Source of the DNA: Mobula hypostoma
Lineage: Eukaryota
Direction of reading: 5' to 3'
Length of the DNA: 64,000 nt
Assembly: GCF_963921235.1 (NCBI RefSeq)
Contig: NC_086109.1
Location: forward strand, 16,618,001-16,682,000
The number at the start of each line of letters is the position of its first letter. The first letter of the stretch is position 1. Positions 10,701 to 22,755 of this stretch are shown here, piece after piece. Both the position numbers and the translations under genes were made by a program. Below the pieces are notes generated by a model, which saw nothing but the letters and a program-made list of their open reading frames with translations, was not told where the DNA came from and did not search any database.

Positions 10701-11519
10701 TTCTAGATGGACACACTAGGCCATAGCCAGTTTCTGTGCTGCATAGCACTGTGAATCTATGAATCACAATCTTGTATCTTGCTCCTGAATTGAAGCTTGG
10801 ATTAGTTTTACCGGCAGCATCCCAGTGAGTCCTCTGAGGTCACATCGATCTTTTGTGAACTATCAGCAAACCTCCCAAACTAATTAACAATACAGGATGG
10901 TGCGTGATTTTATTACAGTTAGTGAGAGAGTTGCTGGCACGTATTAAAACAGATTGGGAACACAAACTCCCAAACTGGCAGTGTGTGTCTGTTACAAGTT
11001 GTGCATAAGGATTATATATGGAAAGGCTTGTTGTGCGAAATCCCGGTGGGGATCCCTTTTGGTACTGAATGTACTTCATAGAATGATAATGCGAATAGAA
11101 GGAAGTGGTCAGGAGCAATTGATTTATTCAGAGGTTTACTCCATTAGTAACAGGGGCTGGAGCAGAGTCCATAATAACTTTTAAAATGGATTTGAAAAAT
11201 GAAAATGTAAAAAGATCAGGCGGAATTGGAAGGGGTTGGTGGGAAAGCACAAGGGAATGGGACTAAGTAGATATACAGTCCTCTAGGGGAGTTGGCACCA
11301 GTCCAGCAAGCCCTGACAGTGCTGTAATATTCTCTGATTCTATAAACCTTGTTTCGACACAAGGGGAAGCTTTTAAGTGTATTTAGAGGGACACAATTAT
11401 GACAGTGTTGTTGTATTTGCCAGTCTTGATTGGGATGGGAGAGGGGTGGGGAAGAGAGTGTCTGGTGTAAATGATAGATGAAGCGTGCGGCAGTTTGAAT
11501 GGCGTGGATCGGGTTTATT

Positions 11520-11777
11520 CAGAGATACCGCGTGGAACAGGCCTGTTTGGCTCAATGAGCCCCACCTATTTCACAGAACAATTTACAATGACCAATGCAG
11601 CCTACCAACTGGTACGGCTGTGGACTGTGGAAAGAAACCGCAGCACCCGGTGGAAACCCAGGCGGTTTGCGGGGCGGACATACAAACTCCTTACAGGTGG
11701 CCCCGGAATTGAACTCCCAGCACCGGAAAGCTCCAAGTTGTAATAGTGTTGTGCTAACCACTGTGCTACTACGGTGC
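11520..11777 (-). mobile_element. HE1-type V-SINE
   Basis: 'tggactgtggaaagaaaccgcagcacccggtggaaaccca...gtgctaaccactgtgctactacggtgcc'. Confidence 0.8.
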
Positions 11778-12220
11778 CTGATTTGCACTGGTTTTAGACT
11801 CACTTTCCTGTTAAGGACAATTTGATTATTGATATGCTCACTTGACATTTCCTCCACAGGCTATAATTTGGCTCTGAATTTCTGCAAAAGGCTGTAATGC
11901 CGGTACAAGGTGATGTAATCATTTCCCCCTTCTGCTTAGCCATGTTATACCGAGACTCTGCAGATGGCCTGCAGGCAGCTGGAACTTGTGTTCACATCAA
12001 CTTCTTTTGGAGTTGGAACAAACTTTAATATTGTTTACACCTTGCTTTTGATACTGGTTCAATTTCGTATTCAAAATCATTTCTGGCAGATGGAAGACCT
12101 TTCAATTCTTGCACTCTCACCTTGAATTTAGTACAGATTTGAAGCAGGCTAGAGACAGTGAACCTTTGGAATTCCCTGTCTTTGAAAGCGGTAGAAGCCA
12201 GATCATAAGGTATATTTAAG

Positions 12221-12438
12221 GTTTGTTTGTTCCTTGTTGTTCTTCACCGCAGCTTGTGAGGCATCAGGTGACATCCTTGCCATTTCTTTGAGCATTTGAA
12301 TTTTTTTTTATGAGGCTCAGTTGCTAGCTCGATGCTCGACCCAGCACAGATGGAAAGCGTGCAAGGAGCCGGCCAGATTCGAACCCTAGACCACTTGTTC
12401 TGAAGTCTGGTGCCAGTGCCACTACACCAACAGCCGGC
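12221..12438 (-). mobile_element. tRNA-derived SINE (second copy at 63293-63499)
   Basis: Reverse A/B boxes ('attcgaaccc', 'ccactacacca'); shares 'gatggaaagcgtgcaaggag' with the 63.4 kb copy; degenerate TSD tatatttaagg/catattgaagg. Confidence 0.7.
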
Positions 12439-12689
12439 ACATATTGAAGGTGGAGGTAAGATAAATATTTAAAAGGTCAAGGAATAAAGAGCTATGGGGA
12501 ACTGGCAGAGGAGTAGAGACCAGAATAGATTGGTCTTGATCATAATAAATGGTGGGACAGGCTTGAAGGGCCAAGTGGCCAACTCCTGTTCCTATTTTCT
12601 TAAGCTTTGGTGTTATTGACAAGTTTTCTTGATCTTCCGTCATCATATACTTTGGTTCTCATGCTCCACTTTTACTTTCAAAACTGAAG

Positions 12690-12965
12690 AAGAGATAAAG
12701 ATGAGCTTTATTGTCACGTGTACACTGAAACATTGAAATGTGTCATTTGCGTCAATGACCAAGACATTCTGAGCATTGTGCTGGGGCAGCCTACAGGTGC
12801 CACCATGCTTCTGGCACCAGCATAGTGTGCCCACAACTCTAACCCTAACCACCAGTAACTAGAGCACCTGGTGCTCACGTGAGAACCTACAATCTGCTTT
12901 CAGACAGTGGCTGGAATCGAACCCAAAATGGTGGCTGCTGATTGCACAAACCGCTATGTTACCAT
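12690..12965 (-). mobile_element. V-SINE variant with Rex-like tail
   Basis: 'agctttattgtcacgtgtacactgaaac...actagagcacctgg...atcgaaccc...aaaccgctatgttacc'. Confidence 0.7.
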
Positions 12966-13212
12966 ACTCCCCTTTACTTGCCCTCTGCTTCATTGCGGCA
13001 ACCAGGGTCAGGGTCGTCAACTCTTTCCCGTGTGCAAATGGCTTTGAAATTGATTTTTCCTGGGATAGAATGGAGGTGCTCACTCTTTGATCTAAGCTGC
13101 TTCTGTTTCTGGGTCTCAAAGAGCATTAACACAAGGAAGAAGCAGTGGAGATTCTCTCATGCGCACAAGCTAACATACAGTAAAGTGAAATCCACTGTGG
13201 AGTAACATAAGT

Positions 13213-13505
13213 CAGTTCAGAATCTGAATCAGGACAGGGTTTGTGATCACTGTCTTATACGACATGCAACTCGTTGCTTGTAAGGCTGCAGTACAGTGCA
13301 AAGCCATAAAATTACTATAAATTACAAAACAAATAGCGCAAGAAAAAAATACCAAGGTAGAGTTTGTGGACAGTTCACAAATCTGATGGCAGAGGGGAAG
13401 GGGCTGTTCCTGAATCATTGAATGTCAGTGTTCTGGTTTCTGTACCTCCTCCCTGACGGTGATAATGAGAAGAGAACATTTCCCAGATGGTGAAGGCTGC
13501 TAATG
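13213..13505 (-). mobile_element. Rex1/Babar LINE 3' fragment
   Basis: 'tgatggcagaggggaaggggctgttcctgaatcattga...tgtacctcctccctgacgg' is the reverse complement of the Rex C-terminus seen at 17460-17570. Confidence 0.7.
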
Positions 13506-13519
13506 GCGAAGGATACAAA

Positions 13520-13682
13520 AGGGTCTTTTAAGAGATTCTTAGATAGGTACATGGAGCTTAGAAAAATAGAGGGCTATGTGTAGGGTAACTCTAGGCAGTT
13601 TCTAGAGTAGGTTATATGGTTGACACAACATTGTGGGCCGAAGGGCCTGTAATGTGCTGTAGATTTCTACGTTCTGTGTTCT
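13520..13682 (+). mobile_element. CR1 3' tail
   Basis: 'gggtcttttaagagattcttagataggtacatggagcttagaaaaatagagggctatg...gggccgaagggcctgtaatgtgctgtag'. Confidence 0.8.
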
Positions 13683-13732
13683 AATATCATTGACATAATG
13701 AATATTTCATTCCCGAAAATATTCTTTTTAAA

Positions 13733-14043
13733 GGTTAGCTTTATTTGTCACACGTACATTGAAACATTGAAATGTGTCATTTGTGTCAATGACCAACACA
13801 GTCCGAGGATGTGCAGGGGGCAGCCTGCAAATGTCACCATGCCACCATGCTTCTAGCGCCAACATGGCATAACCACAATTTACCAGTAGGTCTCTGGATT
13901 GTGGGAGGAAACTAGAGCACCGAGGGAAACCCACGCGGTCACGGGGAAGAACATACAAACTCCTTACAGGTAGCAGTGGGAATTGAACCGCTTGTCACTG
14001 GCACTGCAAAGTGTTGCTCTAACCATTACACTATTGTGCCACC
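13733..14043 (-). mobile_element. V-SINE variant with Rex-like tail
   Basis: 'ttagctttatttgtcacacgtacattg...gggaggaaactagagcaccgagggaaacccacgcggtcacgggg...gggaattgaacc'. Confidence 0.78.
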
Positions 14044-14357
14044 CATTACCACTAATGCCGAGTTAGGAATAATACAGAAAATGCCGGACACACTCAGGAA
14101 GTCTTGTGTTAACTATGGACAGTGAACGATCAGATCAGAGTTTAGGAGGAGATAGAGATTTAGCAGATTATAACGAACAAGGGAAAGGGAAGGTGGAATT
14201 GAGAACAAATCATGGCAAGAGGTACAGCCAGTGATTACTAGAGTTACACAATACAGGGCAGGCCCCTTGGCCCAACTTGCCAACTTGCTAACCAAGATAC
14301 CTATCTGTGCAGTGGGTAGAAATTCATCTCTGAGTGTTCATGATAAGCAGACATTAA

Positions 14358-14671
14358 TTTTTTTTATAAAGGCATCCGTTAGTCTCATGAGACCATAGAT
14401 TTACGCCTTGGAAGGTTTCCAGGGCGCAGGCCTGGGCAAGGTTGTATGGAAGACCGGCTGTTGCCCATGCTGCAAGTCTCCCCTCTCCACGCCACCGACG
14501 TTGTCCAAGGGAAGGGCACTAGGGCCGATACAGCTTGGCACCGGTGTCATCGCAGAGCAGTGTGTGGTTAAGTGCCTTGCTCAAGGACACAACATGCTGC
14601 CTCAGCTGAGGCTCGAACTAGTGATCTTCAGATCACTAGACCGACGCCTTAACCACTTGGCCACACGCCAA
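14358..14671 (-). mobile_element. Young tRNA/CORE-type SINE with RTE-derived body and tail
   Basis: Perfect 19-bp TSD catgataagcagacattaa (14339-14357, 14672-14690); minus-strand head 'tggccaagtggttaaggcg...agttcgagcc'; CORE-like 'gttgtgtccttgagcaaggcacttaacc'; poly(A)-like tail. Confidence 0.85.
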
Positions 14672-15688
14672 CATGATAAGCAGACATTAAATTACTACCA
14701 AACATTATACGCACTCCCATAATTCAGTCTGTTTGACCACAAGCTAGTTGTCTCAAACAATTTTGGTGTTAGCTAGTCAGTTGCTGCATATATCTAAAAC
14801 ATAAACTTATCTGTTTATTTTTTCACTGGCATTCCAAAGGTCTTGTGTGGATACCTCAAGTAATTACAGACGCAAACCATGGCATTTTAAGTTTCCCTCA
14901 CTGGGGAAAGACCGCATGCTCACTGTGTACATTGACAGATTCAGATTTGGATTTATTTATCACATGTACATCAAAACTTACATTGAATTACGTCATTTGC
15001 ATTAACAACCTACAGGTGCTGGGGCACAAGGATGTGCTGGGGGCAGCCCGCAGGTATTGCCTCACATTCCCGTGCCAAAGTTGTCATCTTACAAACTGAT
15101 GGAGAAAAGAATTGAATATCTAGTGCAGGTATAATGGAGGGATCTGCAACAAGACCCATCCAGTGTAATGTTGTTTGACCCTCACCTCTTGGTAATGTTG
15201 TTTGTAGACATTCAGCTGGCTGTAGCTAAAGATTTTGGCCCCTTGGCACTTAGTTGCCTAATAGCCCAGTCTCCCAGTGCATAATGGCTGTTTAGTATAT
15301 AGAACTTCAGATGTCCAGTGGGTTTATAATTAACCTTTGGCCTAACAGATGTAAGTCTTGCCCTCAACGGTACCGTGTGTCAGACAATCAATCAGATGCC
15401 TCATTGACTTAGGAGCCTTGTGGTGTGATGCCAGAATCAAGACTTATTGGAAGAGGGATTAGAGAAAGAGTAATGCTCTTTGAGTGGAAAAAAACTTTTA
15501 GAGTTTGCTGGCGTGGGAGGTTATGGATTATCTGCCTTGTTTCAGAAATCTAACCAGAGATCTATAAAAAGTGCTTTTCTCTGCCACATGCTTCACGCTG
15601 TAAGCTGTTTCTTGTGATGAAATAAGTCTGGCTGCCTGAGTACCTGTCAATGGACTGCTAATTCCTCAGATAAGTCATACGTGTGTAA

Positions 15689-15707
15689 ACACACAGACAC
15701 ACACGCA

Positions 15708-15753
<46 letters not shown>
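15689..15753. repeat. (CA)n microsatellite; (CT)n nearby at ~15845-15870
   Basis: Seen directly. Confidence 0.97.
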
Positions 15754-16709
15754 AGTATTCACACTTTGACACACTCTCACAATGATTCCCCCATTCTCAC
15801 TGACACATTTCCTCACGTACTTTAGGATTCATTATCTCAATCCCCCTCTCTCTCTCTCTCTCTCTCTCTCAGGAACACATAATTTATTTTCTCAGTTATA
15901 TATACACACATACACCTTTCCCGATTCTCACTCCCACACACTCTCACTTCCCCATTGCCCTATTGCCCTCCCCCGCGCTTGTTCCCAACTAAAACTGTGA
16001 AGAGGCTTGTTTTGTTTCTGATCAGATCAGAAATGATGAAGAATTTCTTTCGGCAGAGGATGGCGAATCTGTGGTATTCCATGCCACAGACGGCTGGGGA
16101 GACTAAAATATTCAGTATATTTAAAGCAGGAAGTAATAAGTTTTTGGTTAGTGAGGGCATCAAAGGTTACAGTGAAAAGGCAGAAAAATAGGGTTCAGAG
16201 GGATAAAGAAATCAGCTGTGATGGAATGGCCTATTCCTGCTCTTATGTCTAATGATCTTAGCAGTTTCAATGTTTCAAAAGCATTTAAGCATGACTCAGT
16301 TTGCTTTCAAATGGATAGTATGCCATTTTATCTCAATTTTTACTTAGAAATTAATAATTTTTAAAAAGAAAGCATATTCCATTTTCTGGCATTGATATCA
16401 AACCACCCATTCCAATGGAGTGAAATTTGTCCCGACAAGCACCATAATTCCTCAAAAGATAATAAAGAATGCTATGTACTGTTTACCTTCTTCTGAATGA
16501 GCCACTAGCAAAGGTTTAGCCCAAAATTAGTTCTGATAATGAAGAAAGACACTCTTGTGCTCTTTTTTTTAACCATCTTTCATCTAACTTTGAAGGCAGT
16601 GCAGAGGAGGTTCACCAGGTTGATTCCAGACATGAGCTTATGTGGAGAGATTGAGTTGCCTGGGGTTATACTCACTGGAATTCAGAAGAATAAGAGAAAA
16701 TTTTATCAA

Positions 16710-17720
16710 ACCCTCCCTCTCCAATTTGATCCTTGACTTCCTGACCGGAAGACCACACCCTGTGCGGATTGGTGATAATATCTCCTCCTCGCTGTCGATC
16801 AACACTGGTGCACCTCAGGGGTGTGTGCTTAGCCTACTGCTCTATATACACGTGACTGTGTGGCTAGGCATAGCTCAAAATCATCTATAAATTTACTGAT
16901 GATACAACCATTGTTGGTAGAATCTCAGGTGGTGATGAGAGGGCGTACAGGAGTGAGATATGCCAACTAGTGGAATGGTGCCGCAGCAACAACCTTGCAC
17001 TCAACGTCAGTAAGACGAAAGAGCTGATTGTGGACTTCGGGAGGGTAAGATGAAGGAACACATACCAATCCTCATAGAGGGATCAGAAATGGAGAGAGTG
17101 AGCAGCTTCAAGTTCCTGGGTGTCAAGATCTCTGAGGATCTAACCTGATCCCAACATATTGATGTAGTTATAGAGAAGACAAGACAGCGGCTATACTTTA
17201 TTAGAAGTTTGAAGAGATTTGGCATGCCAACAAATACACTCAAAAACTTCTGTAGTTGTACCATGGAAAGCATTCTGACAGGCTGCATCACTGTCTGGTA
17301 TGGAGGGGCTACTGCACAGGACCAAAAGAAGCTGCAGAAAGTTGTAAATCTAGTCAGCTCCATCTTGGGTACCAGCCTACAAAGTACCCAGGACTTCTTT
17401 AAGGAGCAGTGTCTCAGAAAGGCAGCGTCCATTATTAAGGACCTCCAGCACCCAGGGCATGCCCTTTTCTCACTGTTACCATCAGGTAGGAGGTACAGAA
17501 GACTGAAGGAACACACTCAGTGATTCAGGAACAGCTTCTTCCCCTCTGCTATCCTATTCCTAAATGGACATTGAATCTTTGGAAACTGCCTCACTTTTTT
17601 AATATACAGTATTCCTGTTTTTGCATGTTTTTTAAAATCTATTCAATACAGTGTACGTAATTGCTTTATTTGTTTGTTTATTATTGTTATTTTTCATTTT
17701 ATTTTTTTTCTCTCTGCTAG
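16710..17720 (+). mobile_element. Rex1/Babar LINE, 5'-truncated (RT, C-terminus, part of 3' UTR)
   Basis: [74 protein letters not shown] 17209-17523 ESILTGCITVWYG...HPGHALFSLLPSGRRYR. Confidence 0.9.
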
Positions 17721-18349
17721 ATTATGGATCTACTAGATTTGTATAGAATGACTATATCAGCTTTTCAACTGTTTCTCCAACTTCAGCAACTAGAAAGAGT
17801 TCCAAGTCAAAATACTTGCCTTTGTAAGAAGGACAACTCACATCATCCCTGAATGGAAGAGTTCTACTGGATTAACTCTGACATGGACTGTGAACTAGTG
17901 GTCTTAATCTGATTCCATAATTTCAAGACCCAAGCACTTCACTTGGGACCCTCCCACCAGACAAAATACTTTTTATCAAATCAAATACCTAATCAGTCCA
18001 TTAGATCACCTGTACTCAAAGGAATGCAATGTCTAAGCAAACCTCTCATAATTTAATTCCAGCTCCAATTCAGAGAAGTATAGTCTTTTAACATTATCGC
18101 ATCACTATTTTTGGGAGATTGCTGTTTCGCACACATTCCCAAGCGATTACTCTTGAACTCTGTAAGGTACCTTGGGATGCGCTGAGAGGAACTACATAAG
18201 GGAACACCCTTATATAACTAAAAGACCATAGGCTGAAGAATCTGGAAGCAAGGCCAAAGTCTCAGGCTAAAGGGTCAGCCAAGTGGGAGTTGTATCTGAG
18301 ACTAAAGACTTGTTTTCCTGGAGGGTATTCATTTTAATTCTACCTATTC

Positions 18350-18880
18350 CAACATGTCAGTCCAAGGTGTCCTCTGGTTCCATGATAAGACCACCTTCTG
18401 CTTGGAGGAGCAACTTCTCATATTCCATCTGAATAGCCTCCAACCTGATGGCATGAACATCGATTTCTCTAACTTCCGGTAAGTTCTCTCACTTCCCTCT
18501 TCTAACTTTTCCATTTCCCATTCTGGCTTCCTTCTGTTTTCCTCACCTGCCCATTACTTCCCCATCATGCTCCTCCTCCTTCCCTTTCTCCCACAGTCCA
18601 CTCTTCTCTCCCACCAGATTTATTCTTCTACAGTCCTTTTCCTCTTCCCAGCTTCTCACTTCATTCCTCCCTCCCTGATCCTCCTACCTTCCCCTACACC
18701 TGGTTTCACCTATCACCTGCCATCTGTACTCCTTTCCCTCCACAAGCTTCTTATTCTGGTTTCTACCCCCTTCCCTGCCAGTCCTGATGAGGGGTCTTGG
18801 CCTGAAATGTCAACTGTTTATTCCTCTCCATAGGTGCTCCCTGACCTGCTGAGTTCTTGCAGCACTTTGTGTTGTTGCAC
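18350..18880 (+). mobile_element. PLE 3' fragment (GIY-YIG end, pyrimidine-rich UTR, decayed hammerhead at ~18780-18815)
   Basis: Encodes LEEQLLIFHLNSLQPDGMNIDFSNFR*; 'gtcctgatgaggggtcttggcctgaaatgtcaactg'. Confidence 0.85.
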
Positions 18881-18949
18881 AGGAGAGATGTCTTTGCTCA
18901 AAGGATATGGAATCCTGGGATGTGGAATCCCACAGGGCTGTGGATATTA

Positions 18950-19335
18950 GATCGTAAGAGCATAACATATAGGAGCAGAATTCGGCCATGTGGTCCACCG
19001 AGTCTTCTCTGCCATTTCATTATGGCTGATCCAATTTTCCTCTCAACCTAAATCTCCCGTCATCTCCCTATATCCCTTCATGGTCTGACTAATCAAGAAT
19101 CTATTAACCTCTGCCTTAAATACACCCAATCTTTTTGCCTCCACAGCTGCCAGCAGCAATGAATTCTACAGATTCACCACTTTCTGGTTAACGAAATTCC
19201 TCCTCACCTCCATTCTAAAATGCCCTCTATATTGAGCCCATGTCCTCTGGCCTTTAGAAACACCCACCATAGGATACTTCCTCTCCACATCCACTCTGTC
19301 AAGGCCTTTCAGTATTCAATAGGTTTCAATGAGGC
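18950..19335 (-). mobile_element. CR1 3' fragment (different subfamily)
   Basis: 'ataggagcagaattcggccat...aatgaattctacagattcaccactttctggttaacgaaattcctcctc'; same subfamily as 57420-57820. Confidence 0.75.
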
Positions 19336-20139
19336 CATAAAATACACAAAATTTAAGATGGAGAGCAATTGATTTTTGGGCCCGGAGGGAATGAAGGGGG
19401 AGGCTGGGAAATTGGGGTTGATGTGTGAAGAGGAGGCTAGGGAAATGGGATTGTTGTAGAGTTAGTTAGGATCTCATTGATAGTAGTGCAGACTCGAGAG
19501 GACATAACTCTTGTCTCTGGTTCTTCTGTGATCGTTTACCGAGGTCATGTAAAAAATCATTTAGGCATGGAGGTTAATTATGACCAATAAGAACTGCCTG
19601 CAAATAATTTGGAATAGTAAGCCCAAAGATAACATATTTTCCAAAAGCAATTGGAGAAAGCTGAATTTACCTAGAGATCATAACCACGTTAGCAGTGAGT
19701 TTCTGCAGAAGTAGATCCACTTAGATCTTTGCAATTTAATAAGGGACATTTATCATTGAGTTTAAAGTCTTTGTTGAGCAGTATCTCTTGGGTAATTGTA
19801 CTGCTCATTGATCTACTTCCCAAAGACAATGCAGAGCAGCGATCGAGTGCTTTAATATTATTTGATTCTTTAAAGAATTTAATGGCACCATTTATGTGGA
19901 CCTTTGACTGTGAGATGCAAAGCTACAACACATGTGTGAAATTTCTATTTCACACACCAGCCACCCGGGTTGGCTCTCTGACTGAGATGAATTACAAAAT
20001 GATTTGAGCCACAAACCCAGACACAGAACACGGGCTCAAATGGATTTTCAAACGGCCTAAATAAAATCAGATTTCTGATTCCCCTCATACCTGCTGTACA
20101 GTTTTGGTAACCTCATCCTGTAGTTACTGAGCACTGCAG

Positions 20140-20141
<2 letters not shown>

Positions 20142-20197
<56 letters not shown>
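20142..20197. repeat. (GT)n microsatellite
   Basis: Seen directly. Confidence 0.98.
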
Positions 20198-20198
<1 letters not shown>

Positions 20199-20336
20199 CC
20201 CTTTGGTCCCAGTACTTGGATAATGCGAGACGTTGGTGTTTTAATCAATAACTCTCCTCTCTCTAATCGTGAGGTGATGAGGTTTAAATGCATCATTTAG
20301 CCTAATAATTCTGTGCGAAATGGAGGCAAGGCTGCA

Positions 20337-20407
20337 CTTTCAGACGGGGCATCTTTATGAATTGCTTGCTAACAGCAAATTATTTATGAAGATGCCTCAT
20401 TTGAAAG
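20337..20407. other. Imperfect ~34-bp-stem hairpin
   Basis: ctttcagacggggcatctttatgaattgcttgct-aac-agcaaattatttatgaagatgcctcatttgaaag; arms pair with several G-T and 3 mismatches. Confidence 0.85.
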
Positions 20408-20570
20408 CTTGCAATGATATAGTGCTGCTTATCTTTAACCACAGCATTATAAAGAGATGGAAAATATTCTGAGCCACAGGAAAGCCCAGTAGGTCAGATG
20501 ACAAAAAGCCTTGGTCAAAACAGTGCAGTATTGAAAGAGAGAGATTTTTGGGTTCAGAAGCCCAGGTTCT
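20408..20570 (-). mobile_element. L2-type LINE 3' relic
   Basis: 'cttgcaatgatatagtgc...gagccacagg...cagatgacaaaaagccttggtcaaa' resembles elasmobranch L2 3' ends; similar relics near 42575-42650 and 58425-58580. Confidence 0.4.
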
Positions 20571-20810
20571 GTATTCAGGATACCAGAGAAATGGCAGAAC
20601 CTCAGGATCTGAAGGAGGAAACCAAATCAGAGGAACTATCAGAACAATTTGACTTTGAGGCATAAAATACTTTGGTGGATTAGGAGATTTTCTTTTTTTT
20701 TGTTTAGTGTTTCACCCCACAAGAAAAAAAATCTATTGATTTTCAAAGCCATGATCAATTTACCTGTTTTTGAGATATTGGTTGATAGGTAAATGCCAAC
20801 AAGATCTCTT

Positions 20811-21810
20811 AAACACAAGAGATTTGGCAGATGCTGGAAATCCAAAGCAACACACACAAAATGCTGGAGGAACTCAGCAGGTCAGGCAGCATCCATGGGA
20901 ATGACCAAACAGTCAATGTTTCAGGCCAAGACTTATTCAGTGCCGAAAAGGAAAGGGGAAAATTCCAGAATAAAAAGGTGGATAGAGGGGAAGAAGGTTA
21001 GCTAGAAGGTGATACGTGAAGCCAAGTGGGTGGGAAAGGTCAAGGGCTGGAGATGAGGGAATCCGATAGGAGAGGAGAGTGGACCAAAGGTGAAAGAGAA
21101 GGAGGACGGGATCCAGGGGTAGGTGATAGACAGGTAGAAAGAGGTAAGAGGCCAGAGTGGGGAATAGAAGCAGAGGGGAGGGTGAGTGCAATTTTTTTTT
21201 AGCTGAAGGAGAAGTCGATATTCATGCCAGCAGGTTGGAGGCTCCCCAGACACAATATAAGGTGTCCCTCCACCGCCTTGAAGATGTCCTTATTATGACA
21301 TGGCAGAAGAGGAGGCAATGGAGTGACATGTCAGAACGGGAATGAGAATCAGAATTAAAATGGTGGGCCTCCAGGAAAAACTTCTTATGGCAGATAGAGC
21401 GGAGATGCTCGATCATGTGGTCCCCCAATTTACAGCGGTTCTCACCAATGTAGAGGAGGCCAGATCGGGAGCACCGGATACAGTAGAATACCACAGCAGA
21501 TTCGCAGGTGAAGTGTTGTGTCACCTGGATGAACAGTTTGGGGCCCTGAATGGAGGTGAGGGAGGAGGTGAGAGGGCAGGTGTAGCACTTTAGCCGCTTG
21601 CTGGGAGGGAGATTAGTCAGGGGGTGGGGGGGATGGCAAGAAAATCATGGAGGGAGCGATCCCTGCAGAAAGTGGAGAGTGGCGGATAGGTAAAGGTATG
21701 TTTGGTGGTAGGATTCCTTTGGAGGTGACAGAAGTTGCAAAGAATGATGTGTTGGATGGGGAGGCCCGTGGCGGGGGCGGGGGGAGGCGGTTAGCTAAGG
21801 CCAAGAGGAA
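20811..21810 (-). mobile_element. PLE 3' portion with GIY-YIG endonuclease and terminal repeat
   Basis: ORF 21222-21524; terminal 'aaacacaagagatttggcagatgctggaaatcc'. Confidence 0.88.
21222..21524 (-). pseudogene. PLE GIY-YIG endonuclease (degenerate)
   Basis: FTCESAVVFYCIRCSRSGLLYIGENRCKLGDHMIEHLRS...HHFNSDSHS: GIY..YIG motifs with the PLE Cys/His residues. Confidence 0.85.
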
Positions 21811-22459
21811 CTCTAGACCTCTTGTCCTGTTTCACAACAATGTTTTGGGGCCTTTAACAGCAAACAAGACCTTGATTCATTGTTCACTGAATTGTCAGTC
21901 TAGAATTTTGTCCTCAAGTCTAGGAGCAGGGATCTGACCCCAGAATTGGCCAGCACTGAGTTCAGATTCAGAATCAAGCTTAATTATTTGGCAATTTGTT
22001 GTTTTGCGGCAGCAGTACAATGTAAGGACATAAAAATTATTATAAAGAAATAGTACAAAGGAAGAGATTAACAAAGTCATGCTCATGGGTTGAACATTCA
22101 TTCAGAAATCATATGGCGGAGGCGAAGAAGCTGTATTTGAATTATTGAGGCTCATGTACCTACTCCTCATTTACAGTAATGACAGAGGAAATCTGTCAAA
22201 GTTCAGGAAACAGCCTCCCTAGTGGCGCATTTTGTAACTGCAGCAGCCAACTTGAATTAATCCAGATCTGCCTCCTCTAATATATCAGATTCAGATTCAT
22301 TTATCACACGTACATGGAAGCATACAGTGAAATGTCTCAATTACATTAAAATAGAACACAGAACAGTACAGCCCAGTAAGAAGTTTGTACGTTCTCCCTG
22401 TGACCATGTGGGTTTCCTCTGGGTGCTCTGGTTTTCTCCCACATTCCAAAGACGAACAG

Positions 22460-22755
22460 GTCTAGAATCAAAATCAGAATCAGGTGGCATATGTCATGAA
22501 ATTCATTGCTACTCGGTAGCAGTCATACATAATAATAAAACTATAAGTTATATATAAAAAAAAGAAAAATTAGATTAAATAAGCGGTGCAAAAAGAGAGG
22601 GAAAATAGTGAGGTAGTGTGCATGTGTTCATTGTCCATTCAGAAACCTGATGGCAGAGGGAAAGAAGCTATTCCTAAATTGTTGAGTGTGAGTCTTCAGA
22701 CTCCTGTACCTCCTCCTTGATGGCACTAAAGAGAAGGAAGCATGTCCCAGGTGTT
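22460..22755 (-). mobile_element. Rex1/Babar LINE 3' fragment
   Basis: Minus-strand HLGHASFSLVPSRRRYRSLKTHTQQFRNSFFPSAIRFLNG. Confidence 0.8.

Noticed and set aside
11860..11909. AG/GT-bounded candidate exon
   Set aside because: Stop codons in all three frames.
14600..14671. tRNA-like sequences here and at other SINE heads
   Set aside because: A/B boxes without a full cloverleaf, continuous with SINE bodies.
20057..20296. ORF with (TH)n repeat
   Set aside because: Translation of the (GT)n microsatellite.
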